Below are positions 33,491 to 44,552 of a stretch of 64,000 nucleotides of DNA, piece by piece (the first letter of the stretch is position 1; each line of letters starts with the position of its first letter). The notes beneath the pieces were generated by a model. It had not been told where the DNA came from. It searched no databases and saw only the letters and a program-made list of their open reading frames with translations. The DNA lies in the NCBI GenBank assembly GCA_947258785.1, contig CAMYJT010000011.1, forward strand, positions 4,114-68,113, in the 5' to 3' direction. Source of the stretch: an uncultured Gammaproteobacteria bacterium. GTDB taxonomy: Bacteria; Pseudomonadota; Gammaproteobacteria; Arenicellales; JAANXG01. The position numbers and the translations under genes were made by a program.

Positions 33491-35446
33491 GTGAGCGAGC
33501 CACTCTGGCGGCCGTCCGCAAAGCGTATCGAACAGGCCAAGGTCACCGAGTTCATGCGCCGCGTTGAGGAGGCGCACGGCGTGGCCCTGGCGGAATATGC
33601 AGATCTCTATCGGTGGTCGAATGAGTTTCCCGATAAATTTTGGCCGGAAGTCTGGTCATTTGCGGGTGTCGTCGCCAGCGACCGCGGCGGCGCGGTGGTC
33701 GAAGGCTTCGATCGTATGCCCGGGGCCCGTTGGTTTCCCGATGCTCGCCTGAATTTCGCTGAGAATCTCCTGCGCCGCCGGGGCGCAGACCTGGCCGTGG
33801 TAGCCTGCGGTGAGGACGCCCGGATGCGGTCCTACACCCACGATGAACTCACCGACGAGGTGTCCCGCCTGGCGCAGGCCCTGCGCACAATGGGGGTGAC
33901 TGTCGGCGACCGGGTCTGCGCGTACGTCCCCAACGCACCGGAGGCGCTGATCGGTATGTTGGCCGCAACATCGATCGGCGCGATCTGGTCGTCCTGTTCC
34001 CCGGATTTCGGTGTTCAGGGCGTGGTCGACCGCTTCGGTCAGATCGAACCGAAAGTGCTGATCGCGGCCAACAGTTACCTGTACGGGGGTAAACGGCACG
34101 ACTGCCTCGCCAATCTTCGGCAGATCAAGGCTCAGCTGCCTTCGGTGCAGCGGGTGGTGGTGTTTCCATTTGCGTCCTCACAGGGCACACTGGGCGACAT
34201 AGAGGACGCGGTGTGGTGGACCGATTTCACCGCCGGTTTCGCGCCGGGCGTCATCGAGTTCGAGCAGTTGCCGTTCGATCATCCGCTGTACATCATGTAC
34301 TCCTCCGGAACCACCGGACGACCCAAGTGCATCGTACATGGCGCCGGCGGTACTTTGATTCAGCACCTCAAAGAGCATCTCCTCCACGTCGACATCCATC
34401 CGGGCGACCGCTTGTTTTACTTCACTACATGTGGCTGGATGATGTGGAACTGGCTGGTATCCGGCCTCGCGGCCGGCGCGACGTTGATGTTCTACGATGG
34501 ATCGCCGTTTCATCCCGACGGCAATGCACTGTTCGACTTCGCCCAGGAGCACGGCATGACGGTGTTCGGCACGTCGGCTAAATACATCGACGCCGTGAAA
34601 AAGGCCGGCCTCGCCCCCGTCGAGACCCACGACTTGAGCGGGCTGAAAACAATGACCTCTACGGGTTCGCCGCTGGTGCCGGAAAGCTTCGACTTCGTGT
34701 ACGCGCGCATCAAGCGGGACCTGTGCCTGTCCTCGATCTCCGGCGGCACGGATATTATTTCGTGTTTCGTACTCGGTAGTCCGATACTGCCGGTCTGGCG
34801 CGGCGAACTCCAGTGCCGCGGCCTGGGGATGCAGATCGTCGCCCTGGGGGAAAACGGCGAGGAGCTGCCGCCGGGGCGCAAGGGCGAACTCGCCTGTACC
34901 GCCCCGTTCCCCTCGATGCCGGTTGGATTCTGGAACGATCCAGGCGACGAAAAGTACCGCGCCGCTTACTTTGAAAAGTTTCCGGGGGTCTGGTGTCACG
35001 GCGACTACATCGAACTGACGGAGCATGGAGGCGTCATCATTTACGGGCGCTCGGATGCAGTGCTCAATCCTGGCGGTGTGCGCATCGGCACCGCGGAAAT
35101 CTACCGTCAGGCCGAGCAGATCGAGGAGGTCGTCGAGAGTCTGGTGATCGGTCAGCAGTGGCAGGGCGACGTGAGGGTGGTGTTGTTCGTACGGCTCCGT
35201 GAGGGCCTGAGCCTGAACGACGAACTCGCCGCGCGGATCAATTCCCAGATCCGCAACAATACGACACCGCGGCACGTGCCGGCCAAGATCATCCAGGTCG
35301 CGGATATCCCGCGGACCAAGAGCGGTAAGATTGTCGAACTGGCAGTGCGCAACGTGGTGCACGGTGACCCAGTGAAGAACCGGGAGGCGCTGGCCAATCC
35401 GGAGGCGCTCGATTTGTTCGCCGGTCTGCCGGCGCTCCAATGCTAG
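33491..35446 (+). CDS. Acetoacetate--CoA ligase
   Basis: [53 protein letters not shown]. Confidence 0.93.
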   Translation: MSEPLWRPSAKRIEQAKVTEFMRRVEEAHGVALAEYADLYRWSNEFPDKFWPEVWSFAGVVASDRGGAVVEGFDRMPGARWFPDARLNFAENLLRRRGADLAVVACGEDARMRSYTHDELTDEVSRLAQALRTMGVTVGDRVCAYVPNAPEALIGMLAATSIGAIWSSCSPDFGVQGVVDRFGQIEPKVLIAANSYLYGGKRHDCLANLRQIKAQLPSVQRVVVFPFASSQGTLGDIEDAVWWTDFTAGFAPGVIEFEQLPFDHPLYIMYSSGTTGRPKCIVHGAGGTLIQHLKEHLLHVDIHPGDRLFYFTTCGWMMWNWLVSGLAAGATLMFYDGSPFHPDGNALFDFAQEHGMTVFGTSAKYIDAVKKAGLAPVETHDLSGLKTMTSTGSPLVPESFDFVYARIKRDLCLSSISGGTDIISCFVLGSPILPVWRGELQCRGLGMQIVALGENGEELPPGRKGELACTAPFPSMPVGFWNDPGDEKYRAAYFEKFPGVWCHGDYIELTEHGGVIIYGRSDAVLNPGGVRIGTAEIYRQAEQIEEVVESLVIGQQWQGDVRVVLFVRLREGLSLNDELAARINSQIRNNTTPRHVPAKIIQVADIPRTKSGKIVELAVRNVVHGDPVKNREALANPEALDLFAGLPALQC

Positions 35447-35635
35447 GAGCCGTCCGAGTGTTCTGTCCCATAGCGAGAAAGTGGCAAAGTGAGAACAGAT
35501 TGTCGAAAACCTGAGGAGAATAGCGCGCTATTTAACGACGGGTTGCGCGGCGTTGGGCCGCTTTCCCGAATGCGCAGCAGGAGCACCGAATACTCGGACA
35601 GGCTGCGCGTCCGCTGACACGGACGGGAGGACGCC

Positions 35636-36781
35636 GTGCGACCACCGCCACTGGCCGGGATCCGGGTGCTTGACTTGACCCGATTGCTGCCGGGGCCGAT
35701 GTGCAGCCTGCATCTGGCGGATATGGGTGCCGATGTCATCAAGGTGGAAGATCCCAAGCGCGGGGATTATGCGCGCTCGATGGGCAGCTATTATCACGCC
35801 GTCAATCGCAACAAACGGTCGCTGAAACTGGACCTCAAACAGGCGTCCGGCCGCGACGTATTTCTCCGTCTTGCCGCTACCTGCGACGTCATCATGGAGG
35901 GCTTTCGGCCCGGGACCGTGGATCGCCTCGGCGTGGGTTACTGCGAAGTCCGGAAACGCAATCCGCGGATCGTGTACTGTTCGATTACCGGCTACGGTCA
36001 GGACGGTCCGTATCGTTCTGTCGCCGGCCACGACTTGAATTATTGCAGTTATACCGGGGTCATCGATCAAACCGGCCCGCGTCACGGCCCGCCATCGATT
36101 CCCAATATCCAGTACGCCGATCTGCTGGGCGGCAGTTTGAGCGCCGCGATGGCGATCCTTGCCGCCGTCGTTGATGTGCAGCGCGCCGGCCAGGGGCGGT
36201 ATGTCGACGTGGCGATGGCCGATTGCGTGTTGGCGCACGCGGTGATACCCCTGATGGCGCATCAACAGGGTGGCGACGCGCCGCGCGGTGGAGACCTGTT
36301 GAGCGGGGGATTGCCCTGGTATGCGGTTTACGCCACTGCCGATGGGCGACATGTAGCGCTGGCGGCGCTGGAGAAAAAATTCTGGCGCCGGTTCTGCAAC
36401 GCGATCGGTCGCGCCGACTGGGTCGATGTGTTCGAGGCCGACAATACTGCGCGCGAACAGCTGCGTGGAGAGTTGGTGGGGTTGTTTAGCGCCCGGACCC
36501 AGGCGCGCTGGGTCGACCGGTTGGGAGAGGCCGACTGTTGCTTCTCACCGGTGCTGACCTTTACCGAGGCGCTGCAGCATCCACAGTTTCAGGCCCGTCG
36601 GGTAGTCGGCGACGACGGGCGGCGGGCCACACACTTCGCGTTTCCGGTCAAATTCAGCGACTTCGAATTCTCGATGCATCGGCCGGCGCCGGAGCATGGC
36701 CAACACAGCCGGCCAATTCTGTCGGAACTGGGTTACAGCGAAGCTGAAATCACGGAGTTGGAGCGGCACAACACCATTTAA
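35636..36781 (+). CDS. Class III CoA transferase (CaiB/BaiF; racemase-like)
   Basis: LDLTRLLPGP, NRNKRS, EGFRPG, GHDLNY. Confidence 0.9.
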   Translation: MRPPPLAGIRVLDLTRLLPGPMCSLHLADMGADVIKVEDPKRGDYARSMGSYYHAVNRNKRSLKLDLKQASGRDVFLRLAATCDVIMEGFRPGTVDRLGVGYCEVRKRNPRIVYCSITGYGQDGPYRSVAGHDLNYCSYTGVIDQTGPRHGPPSIPNIQYADLLGGSLSAAMAILAAVVDVQRAGQGRYVDVAMADCVLAHAVIPLMAHQQGGDAPRGGDLLSGGLPWYAVYATADGRHVALAALEKKFWRRFCNAIGRADWVDVFEADNTAREQLRGELVGLFSARTQARWVDRLGEADCCFSPVLTFTEALQHPQFQARRVVGDDGRRATHFAFPVKFSDFEFSMHRPAPEHGQHSRPILSELGYSEAEITELERHNTI

Positions 36782-36878
36782 CAGCGGGTTTGCGCAGTGA
36801 TTAGTGAGCGGTTAGCATTGGTGTCGGTTTCGTCACCACCATGCCTGGCTCCTCCAGCTTGGGAACAATAAAAGCATC

Positions 36879-37628
36879 ATGAAAATACTAGTGCCGGTCA
36901 AACGCGTCATCGATTACAACGTCAAGGTACGCGTACGACAGGACGGTTCCGGTGTGGAGACGGTGAATGTCAAGATGTCGATGAATCCGTTCGATGAAAT
37001 CGCCGTTGAGGAGGCGATACGGCTGCAGGAAGCCGGGCGTGCCGAGGAGATCGTCGCCATCTCCATAGGCGCGCCGCAGTGTCAAGAGACGATACGGACC
37101 GCCCTGGCGATGGGTGCCGACCGCGGGATTCTGGTTGAGACCGAGCAGGACCTCGAGCCTTTGGGGGTGTCCAAGGTATTGCGTGAATGCGTCGATCGGG
37201 AGTCGCCGGACCTGGTCATCATGGGCAAGCAGGCGATCGACGACGATTGCAACCAAACCGCACAGATACTGGCCGGGCTGCTGGACTGGCCACAAGGAGC
37301 ATTCGCCTCGACACTTAAGTTCTCCGATGGCCGTGTCGATGTGACGCGGGAGATTGATGGCGGTCTGGAAACCCTGTCGCTGCTCCTCCCGGCAGTCATC
37401 TCCGCCGATCTGCGGCTCAATGAGCCACGTTATGTCAAGCTGCCCAATATCATGAAAGCCAAAAAGAAGCCATTAGACACCATCCCGATCGAAGAACTGG
37501 GCATCGATGTCGCGCCGCGAGTCAGCACAATCAAGGTAGAGGAACCACCGGCTCGCAGCGGGGGGATCATGGTCGCTTCGGTGGAGGAACTGGTGGACAA
37601 ATTGAAGAACGATGCAAAGGTGATCTGA
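36879..37628 (+). CDS. etfB: Electron transfer flavoprotein beta subunit
   Basis: [35 protein letters not shown]. Confidence 0.96.
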   Translation: MKILVPVKRVIDYNVKVRVRQDGSGVETVNVKMSMNPFDEIAVEEAIRLQEAGRAEEIVAISIGAPQCQETIRTALAMGADRGILVETEQDLEPLGVSKVLRECVDRESPDLVIMGKQAIDDDCNQTAQILAGLLDWPQGAFASTLKFSDGRVDVTREIDGGLETLSLLLPAVISADLRLNEPRYVKLPNIMKAKKKPLDTIPIEELGIDVAPRVSTIKVEEPPARSGGIMVASVEELVDKLKNDAKVI

Positions 37629-37630
37629 CG

Positions 37631-38566
37631 ATGCCGGTATTGGTTATTGCCGAACACGACAACCAGGCGCTCAAGCCGGCAACCCTGAATACGATCACTG
37701 CGGCCTTGGCCATCGATGCCGAGGTGGCGGTGTTGGTGGCCGGGTATGGCTGCGGCGGCGTGTCGCAATCTGCCGCGGTCATAGCCGGTGTCGACCGGGT
37801 GTTGTTGTGCGACCATGAATCTTATTTGCATCCCTTGGCCGAGAATCTGGCCGATTTAATTGCCGCCATCGCCGGCGGGTACACCCATGTGTTGGCGCCG
37901 GCGTCGACTTTCGGAAAGAACGTGTTGCCCCGATTGGGTGCATTACTCGACGTGTCGCCGATCTCCGATATCGTCGCTGTGCAATCGCCGGACACCTTTG
38001 TGCGGCCGATCTATGCTGGCAATGCGATGGCCACGGTCAAGACCAGCGATCAAAAAATATTGGTCACCGCGCGGCCAACGGCCTTTGCCGCCGCATCCGC
38101 GGAGGGCGGGGCGGCCGCGGTGGAAGCCGTTGAGCCGGCGGCGGAGCCCGGCGATCGCGTGCGTTTCGTCGGTCAGGAGTTGACCCGGTCCGAGCGGCCC
38201 GAATTGACCAGCGCCCGGGTGGTGATTGCCGGTGGCCGTGGCTTGGGGAGCAGCGAAAATTTCAAACTGATCGAGGAACTCGCCGATAAGCTGGGTGCTG
38301 CGGTGGGGGCGTCGCGCGCGGCGGTGGATGCCGGTTATGTGCCCAATGATTATCAGGTCGGCCAGACCGGCAAGGTGGTGGCGCCCGAGTTGTACATCGC
38401 CGTTGGCATCTCCGGGGCCATTCAGCACCTGGCCGGGATGAAGGACAGTAAGGTCATTGTGGCGATTAACAAGGACGAAGACGCGCCCATCTTCCAGGTC
38501 GCCGATTACGGTCTGGTCGGTGATTTATTCGACGCGCTGCCGAAACTTTCCGCGGCGCTGGATTGA
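37631..38566 (+). CDS. etfA: Electron transfer flavoprotein alpha subunit
   Basis: [37 protein letters not shown]. Confidence 0.96.
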   Translation: MPVLVIAEHDNQALKPATLNTITAALAIDAEVAVLVAGYGCGGVSQSAAVIAGVDRVLLCDHESYLHPLAENLADLIAAIAGGYTHVLAPASTFGKNVLPRLGALLDVSPISDIVAVQSPDTFVRPIYAGNAMATVKTSDQKILVTARPTAFAAASAEGGAAAVEAVEPAAEPGDRVRFVGQELTRSERPELTSARVVIAGGRGLGSSENFKLIEELADKLGAAVGASRAAVDAGYVPNDYQVGQTGKVVAPELYIAVGISGAIQHLAGMKDSKVIVAINKDEDAPIFQVADYGLVGDLFDALPKLSAALD

Positions 38567-38621
38567 ACGAGGCGACGCCTCCGCGTCGGCCGGTTGTCTT
38601 ACGCAACAGGAGTTCTAAGCC

Positions 38622-40394
38622 ATGACAAGCTATCACGCTCCCATTCCGGAGATGATGTTTGTGTTGAAAGAGTTGGCGGACCTTGATGGGGTGTCGGGAT
38701 TGCCGGGAAACGAGGAGGCGACTCCCGACCTGATCGCTGCGGTCCTCGATGAGGCCGCCAAGGTGGCGCAGGAAGTGCTGGCGCCGCTGAATCAGGTCGG
38801 CGACCAGCAAGGATCGCGCTTGGTGGAGGACCGCGTGACTACCCCGGATGGTTGGCAGGACGCCTACCGGACGTTTATTGAAGGTGGTTGGAATTCCCTG
38901 GCTTTTGCCGAACAGTATGGAGGACAGAATTTACCCTGGCTGATTGCCACCGCCGTACAGGAGATGTGGCACGCCGCGAACATGTCCTTCGGGCTTTGTC
39001 CCATGTTGACCCAGGGCGCAGTGGAGGCTTTGATCCTGCACGGATCTCCGGAACTCAAGGACCGGTTTCTGCCCAAAATGGTCAGCGGCGAGTGGACCGG
39101 CACCATGAATCTCACCGAACCGCAGGCGGGATCCGACCTGAGCGCGGTGCGCATGAAGGCGATGCCGGAAGGCGATCACTACCGGCTGTTCGGGCAGAAA
39201 ATCTTCATCACCTATGGAGACCACGACCTGACGGAGAACATCATTCACATGGTGTTGGCGCGCCTGCCGGACGCTCCGGAAGGTACCCGCGGCATGTCCC
39301 TGTTTCTGGTGCCCAAGGTGCTGGTGGATGAGCACGGCGGGCTGTCGCAGCGCAACGACGTCCGTTGCGTGTCACTGGAGCACAAGCTCGGTATTCACGC
39401 CAGCCCCACTTGTGTGCTGGCCTATGGTGATAATGAAGGTGCGGTCGGTTATTTGATCGGCGAGGAAAACCGCGGCCTGATGTACATGTTCACGATGATG
39501 AACCTGGCGCGGCACGCCGTCGGCGTGGAGGGTTTGGCGATCGCCGAGCGCGCCTACCAGCAGGCGCGCAGCTATGCCAGGGAGCGCGTCCAGGGACGTC
39601 CGATCGGTGTCGGCGCTGGGGACCGAGCCAGCATCTGCCATCACCCCGACGTGCAACGCATGCTCATGGCCATGCGCGCGAATATCGACGCGATGCGCGC
39701 GTTGGTGTATCTGTGGGCGTCGGCGCTGGACAAGGCCAACAAGCATCCCGACCGCGAGGAACGCGAGCGCCACTCCCAGCTCGTTGAGGTGTTGACCCCG
39801 GTGGTCAAGGGCTGGTGCACGGAGACCGGCAACGAGATTGCGTCGCTGGGTATCCAGGTCCATGGAGGCATGGGCTACATCGAGGAAACCGGTGCGGCGC
39901 AGCACTTTCGGGACGCCCGCATCACGACCATCTACGAAGGCACCACCGGTATCCAGGCCAATGATCTGGTGGGTCGGAAGGTGCTTCGCGACCAGGGCAA
40001 CGCCGCCCGTGCGCTGATTGCCTGGATGCGCGCCACCGATGTCGGTGATGTGGCAGGACTGGGTCGTGCGGTGGCTTCAAGCCTAACCCACCTCAGCGAC
40101 GCCACGGATTGGTTGCTCGACGGGGGCGGTAAAAACCCGCGCCTGGCGGCGTCGGCCTCAGACGATTACCTAAGGTTGTGGGGCGTGGTGACCGCTGGCT
40201 GGCTGCTGGCGAAGAGCGCCTCGGCCGCCGAGCGAAGCTTGACCGACGGTGATGGCGACGTGGAATTTTTAAACGGCAAGATTGCCAGCGCCCGGTATTT
40301 CGGCACCCATGTCCTGCCCCATTCCGCTGCTTTGTTGCGAGCCATTACCGAGGGGGCGGAAGCGTCGCTGGCCCTGCACCCGGAGCTGGTGTAG
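38622..40394 (+). CDS. Acyl-CoA dehydrogenase, DmdC-like subfamily
   Basis: SFGLCPMLT, GTMNLTEPQAGSDL, EHKLGIHASPT, IYEGTTGIQANDL; about 590 aa. Confidence 0.88.
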   Translation: MTSYHAPIPEMMFVLKELADLDGVSGLPGNEEATPDLIAAVLDEAAKVAQEVLAPLNQVGDQQGSRLVEDRVTTPDGWQDAYRTFIEGGWNSLAFAEQYGGQNLPWLIATAVQEMWHAANMSFGLCPMLTQGAVEALILHGSPELKDRFLPKMVSGEWTGTMNLTEPQAGSDLSAVRMKAMPEGDHYRLFGQKIFITYGDHDLTENIIHMVLARLPDAPEGTRGMSLFLVPKVLVDEHGGLSQRNDVRCVSLEHKLGIHASPTCVLAYGDNEGAVGYLIGEENRGLMYMFTMMNLARHAVGVEGLAIAERAYQQARSYARERVQGRPIGVGAGDRASICHHPDVQRMLMAMRANIDAMRALVYLWASALDKANKHPDREERERHSQLVEVLTPVVKGWCTETGNEIASLGIQVHGGMGYIEETGAAQHFRDARITTIYEGTTGIQANDLVGRKVLRDQGNAARALIAWMRATDVGDVAGLGRAVASSLTHLSDATDWLLDGGGKNPRLAASASDDYLRLWGVVTAGWLLAKSASAAERSLTDGDGDVEFLNGKIASARYFGTHVLPHSAALLRAITEGAEASLALHPELV

Positions 40395-40510
40395 ACCCGC
40401 GGGCCGGGGCGCCGGAGGTTCCGTTAGGCTCGCGGTAAACCCGTAAGCAGAGGAGCGGTCCCCCCGATGTGTCGAGTGCTTCGACTCGCAGGGTCTGTTT
40501 GAACGGGCCC

Positions 40511-40939
40511 ATGAGCGCGTACCTGATAGTGGCGCTGAGCGCCTTTCTGGCGGCGACCCTGGTGCCTTTTTACTCCGAAGTCATATTGGTGCCGTTGTTG
40601 CTGCAGGGTCTTGATGCGGTGATGTTGTGGACGGCCGCCACCGCCGGGAATACCATGGGGGCCGCCGTCAACTGGGGCCTGGGCCGGTTTCTGTTGCACT
40701 ACCAGCACCGCCCGTGGTTCCCGGTCACCCCGTACCGGCTCGGGCGCGCGCAACGCTGGTTTCAGCGCTATGGCGTGTGGAGCCTGCTGTTGGCGTGGTT
40801 ACCGATCGGCGGGGATGCGTTGACCTTGGTTGCCGGGTTTCTGCGCGTGCGGTTTTGGATTTTTTTCCTTTTGACGGGCATTGGAAAGGGCGCACGCTAC
40901 GCAACGGTGATCTGGTTGACATGGGCGACGGGCGTGTGA
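40511..40939 (+). CDS. YqaA/DedA-family membrane protein
   Basis: LAATLVPFYSE, GNTMGA, WLPIGGDALT, GKGARY. Confidence 0.88.
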   Translation: MSAYLIVALSAFLAATLVPFYSEVILVPLLLQGLDAVMLWTAATAGNTMGAAVNWGLGRFLLHYQHRPWFPVTPYRLGRAQRWFQRYGVWSLLLAWLPIGGDALTLVAGFLRVRFWIFFLLTGIGKGARYATVIWLTWATGV

Positions 40940-41083
40940 CCCGCGGCTCCGGTGACGCCTGTCGGTCGGGCTGCGGGGCCGCCAGCTACGAGCGGTGGTT
41001 CCGGAGCAATGCCGGCAACCCGATGCCCACGGGCCGGATTTTCCGCAGCGTACGAACATGACTGGCAGAAAGTCGACACAAAC

Positions 41084-42430
41084 GTGACCCGTCCGCGAAC
41101 GCTGTACACCAAGGGTGAAGGTGGCTACGTCGCCTACCAGGAGTTTGGGAAGGGCCCGCTGGACATTGTGCTGGTCAACAACTGGATGACCAACCTGGAT
41201 GTCATGTGGGACGAACCGTCGCTGGCCCGTTATCTCGAACGTTTGGCCTCGTTCGCGCGGGTGGTATGTTTTGACAAACGTGGAACGGGGGTTTCGGATC
41301 CAGTGCCCTTGGCCGCGCTGCCCTCCATCGACCAGTGGATGGACGACGCCCGTGTGGTGATGGACTCCGCGGATGTCGAGCGCGCCGCCATCGTCGGTGA
41401 TACCGAGGGCGGGTTGATGGCCATTGTATTCGCGGCGACCTACCCGGAGCGCACGACGGCCCTGGTTCTGATCAACTCGTTCGCCCGTTGGCTTCGGGAC
41501 ACCGACTACCCGGAAGGCATGCCGCCAGAGGTTGTCGATAAGTTACTGCGCAACTACGAATCCAACTGGGGCGTGACGGCGGACATTCTCGACCTGACCG
41601 CACCCAGCGTCGCTGAGGACGCCCGCTTTCGCAGCTGGTTCGAGGCCTATCAGCGGGTGACGATACCCCGTGGGGCATCGGCCGCCATGTACCGATGGGT
41701 GGTCCAGATCGACCTGCGCTCGGTGCTGCCCAGCATCCGGGTCCCGACGCTGGTACTTAACCGCGCCGACGCCCGGCACCACCGCGCGGGGTATGGCCGC
41801 TATCTGGCCGCCCATATTTCAGGAGCCAAATACGTCGAGCTGCCCGGTGCAGACACCTTCCCCTACCACGCCGGGGAATTCATGCCGATTCTCAATGAGG
41901 TGCAGGAGTTTTTGACCGGAGTTCGCGAGGCGCCGGTACACGATCGCATCCTCGCCACGGTGATGTTTACCGACATCGTCGGCTCGACGAAACATGCCGC
42001 CCGGCTTGGCGATGAACGATGGCTGGATCTCAGGGAGGCGCATGACCGCATGGTTCGCGACTATCTCCAGCGGTTCAGGGGCCGAGAAATCGACCACATC
42101 GGTGACGGATTCTTGGCAACCTTCGATGGACCGGCGCGTGCGGTCGCCTGTGCGGTTGAGCTGGTGGAAGCGGTAAAGTCGTTCGGTGTGGTTCTGCGGG
42201 TGGGACTGCATACCGGTGAGATCGAACTGCGCGACGGCGGTATCGGCGGCATTGCCGTCCACATCGCATCCCGTGTCACGGACGCCGCCCGGAAGGGTGG
42301 CGTGTTGGTGTCGCGCACCGTGAGGGATCTGGTGGTCGGTTCGGGCATCGACTTCCGCAATCGTGGCTCCTTCCGTCTCGACGGTGTACCCGGCCGGTGG
42401 GATTTGTGGGAGGTGGTCGACAATTCGTGA
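41084..42430 (+). CDS. Alpha/beta-hydrolase + class III nucleotidyl cyclase fusion (LipJ/Rv1900c-like); start approximate
   Basis: VAYQ, FDKRGTGVSD, GDTEGG; cyclase FTDIVGST, GDGFLATF, RVGLHTGE, AVHIASR. Confidence 0.88.
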   Translation: MTRPRTLYTKGEGGYVAYQEFGKGPLDIVLVNNWMTNLDVMWDEPSLARYLERLASFARVVCFDKRGTGVSDPVPLAALPSIDQWMDDARVVMDSADVERAAIVGDTEGGLMAIVFAATYPERTTALVLINSFARWLRDTDYPEGMPPEVVDKLLRNYESNWGVTADILDLTAPSVAEDARFRSWFEAYQRVTIPRGASAAMYRWVVQIDLRSVLPSIRVPTLVLNRADARHHRAGYGRYLAAHISGAKYVELPGADTFPYHAGEFMPILNEVQEFLTGVREAPVHDRILATVMFTDIVGSTKHAARLGDERWLDLREAHDRMVRDYLQRFRGREIDHIGDGFLATFDGPARAVACAVELVEAVKSFGVVLRVGLHTGEIELRDGGIGGIAVHIASRVTDAARKGGVLVSRTVRDLVVGSGIDFRNRGSFRLDGVPGRWDLWEVVDNS

Positions 42431-42442
42431 GCACACCGGCCG

Positions 42443-42919
42443 TTACTCGTCACGCGTTGCATCCTGCAGAATGCGGCGTAGATCCCGATGCCATTTTTCG
42501 AACACCGGTACGGTCTGTCTGGCCCGGTACAGCTCGCCGAGCTTGAGCGGATTGGGCGTGGTCATGACCACTGTGCCCCCTTGCTTTTCATAGATGAGGA
42601 TTCTCATTGGCAGGAACGGGATCAGATCCGGCCGCACAACACTCAGGAAGCGCACCTCTTCGGGATCTCCGAAAAAGACAATCCGGTAGGGCGGTACCTG
42701 GTAACCGCGTTTACCGAGCCCGTAGTCGACCCGCTGCACGCGGGAGAAACGGTATCCGTTGGACTCGATGGCTTGCTGTAGTTGCGCCATGGCCTCCGGA
42801 AAAGGCATTTGCGTTTCCGCACGCAGCATGGCCGGTGGCTCACCCGCCGGCGCAGGCATGGGCATCGCCAGCGCAGACAGCATCATCAAACCTGACAGAA
42901 TTCGACGACATCGAGTCAT
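42443..42919 (-). CDS. DUF302 domain protein, exported, Cys-less
   Basis: Signal peptide; RVQRVD, YRIVFF, PFLPMRILIYE; overlaps the upstream DUF302 stop. Confidence 0.75.
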   Translation of the reverse strand: MTRCRRILSGLMMLSALAMPMPAPAGEPPAMLRAETQMPFPEAMAQLQQAIESNGYRFSRVQRVDYGLGKRGYQVPPYRIVFFGDPEEVRFLSVVRPDLIPFLPMRILIYEKQGGTVVMTTPNPLKLGELYRARQTVPVFEKWHRDLRRILQDATRDE

Positions 42920-43449
42920 TACATGGTCCCCTCTTCCACGATCGCTTGGTAGGCCTTACTTAGGTGATCGCAGGCGGGACCTAATTCCGAATTGCCGAGA
43001 AAAGCGGCATTGATGGCCTTCGGATCCGGAGCGATTACGTAGACGCCATCCTGCCGCTCGACAATATTGACCTGGCACGGAAGAAATACGCCCACGCGCT
43101 CGTCCGCCTGCAGCGCCGAATACAGCATGTCGAAGTTGCAGAAGTAGAGTATGCGCGTGTGTTGATCTTCGAATTCTTCCTCGACCAACCCAAAATTGAT
43201 ACTCTGTTCCCGGATCACGCGGAAGTTGTTTCCTTCGGCCGCGGCCTTGATGTGGTCAACGGTCTGCTCCAGGTTGTAGGGAGATTTCACCACGATGGCC
43301 GGGGTCCCCGCGGCGCCGGTGAACACCGGGCGATCTTCCATCGGTGGGGCGGCAAGCGGCTGCGCCAGGACAATGAGCAGCGACGAACCGCCGAGCACTG
43401 CGGTGGATAATCTCTTAATCAGACACATAAACGGACTCCAAATAGACAA
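42919..43449 (-). CDS. DUF302 domain protein, exported
   Basis: Signal peptide; ILYFCN and GVFLPC motifs. Confidence 0.8.
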   Translation of the reverse strand: MSIWSPFMCLIKRLSTAVLGGSSLLIVLAQPLAAPPMEDRPVFTGAAGTPAIVVKSPYNLEQTVDHIKAAAEGNNFRVIREQSINFGLVEEEFEDQHTRILYFCNFDMLYSALQADERVGVFLPCQVNIVERQDGVYVIAPDPKAINAAFLGNSELGPACDHLSKAYQAIVEEGTM

Positions 43450-43656
43450 TGATAGAAACGCTCGAGATGCTGCGTCGCATCAACTACATAAGTATATAAC
43501 GAAAAACTTATAATACTTCCATGCAATTAAAAGAAATTTACAATTGTGTCGCGGCTGCGCCGAGGTTAACCGGATCCCGGTCACACCGGGCGAGGCGCGC
43601 CTGGTGAATGACACCGGCGTCGGCATGCGGTAGAACAGAATCCCGGGGGACCTAAC

Positions 43657-44460
43657 TTGGCTAGAAGACTGACCAAACGCAGGTTGCATGGGTTCAACAA
43701 CCTGACCAAGACTCTGAGTTTCAATATCTATGACGTGAATTACGCGCTGACGCCCTCACAGCGGCAATCCTACATCGAGTACATTGTTGAGGCGTACAAT
43801 GCGAAACGGCTCACCCACATCCTGAACGAAGTCGCCAACATTATCGGTGCGACAATCTTGAACATTGCCCACCAGGACTACGAACCGCATGGGTCCAGCG
43901 TCACCATGATGATCGCCGAACAGCCGGCGGCACTGGACGTGCCGAACACCGAGGCCCCCGGCCCGCTGCCGGACGCCGTTGTTGCGCATCTGGACAAAAG
44001 CCACATCACCGCCCACACCTATCCGGAGAGTCACCCGCGAAACGGTATCAGCTCGTTCCGCGCGGACATCGATGTCTCGACCTGCGGCCGTATCTCACCG
44101 CTGCGGGCGCTTAATTGCCTCATCCACAGTTTCGAGTCCGATATCGTCACCTTGGATTATCGGGTGCGTGGATTTACACGGGATGTAAAGGGCAGGAAGT
44201 ACTTCATCGACCACAAGATCAACTCGATTCAAAACTTTCTATCCAACGACACATTGAGGATGTATCAGACGATCGACGCAAATGTGTATCAGGAGAACAT
44301 CTTTCACACCAAGATGATCATCAACGAGATGGAACTCGACAACTACCTGTTTGGAATCGACGAGGCGGAGTTGAGCGGGCAGGAGCGGGAACGGATTCGG
44401 ACAAACCTGAAACACGAAATGTTGGAGATATTCTACGGACGCAATATCCCTAAGTCCTAA
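43657..44460 (+). CDS. speD: S-adenosylmethionine decarboxylase proenzyme (E. coli type)
   Basis: [17 protein letters not shown] cleavage/pyruvoyl site, [18 protein letters not shown]; TTG start. Confidence 0.95.
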   Translation: MARRLTKRRLHGFNNLTKTLSFNIYDVNYALTPSQRQSYIEYIVEAYNAKRLTHILNEVANIIGATILNIAHQDYEPHGSSVTMMIAEQPAALDVPNTEAPGPLPDAVVAHLDKSHITAHTYPESHPRNGISSFRADIDVSTCGRISPLRALNCLIHSFESDIVTLDYRVRGFTRDVKGRKYFIDHKINSIQNFLSNDTLRMYQTIDANVYQENIFHTKMIINEMELDNYLFGIDEAELSGQERERIRTNLKHEMLEIFYGRNIPKS

Positions 44461-44552
44461 TGCGGCATGGGACTGGTGTAGTGTCCAATAAACAAACCGG
44501 TGGCAGAGTCAGCAACGTCGAGTGCAACGTGTACGCAAGCCGCGTCACCAGC

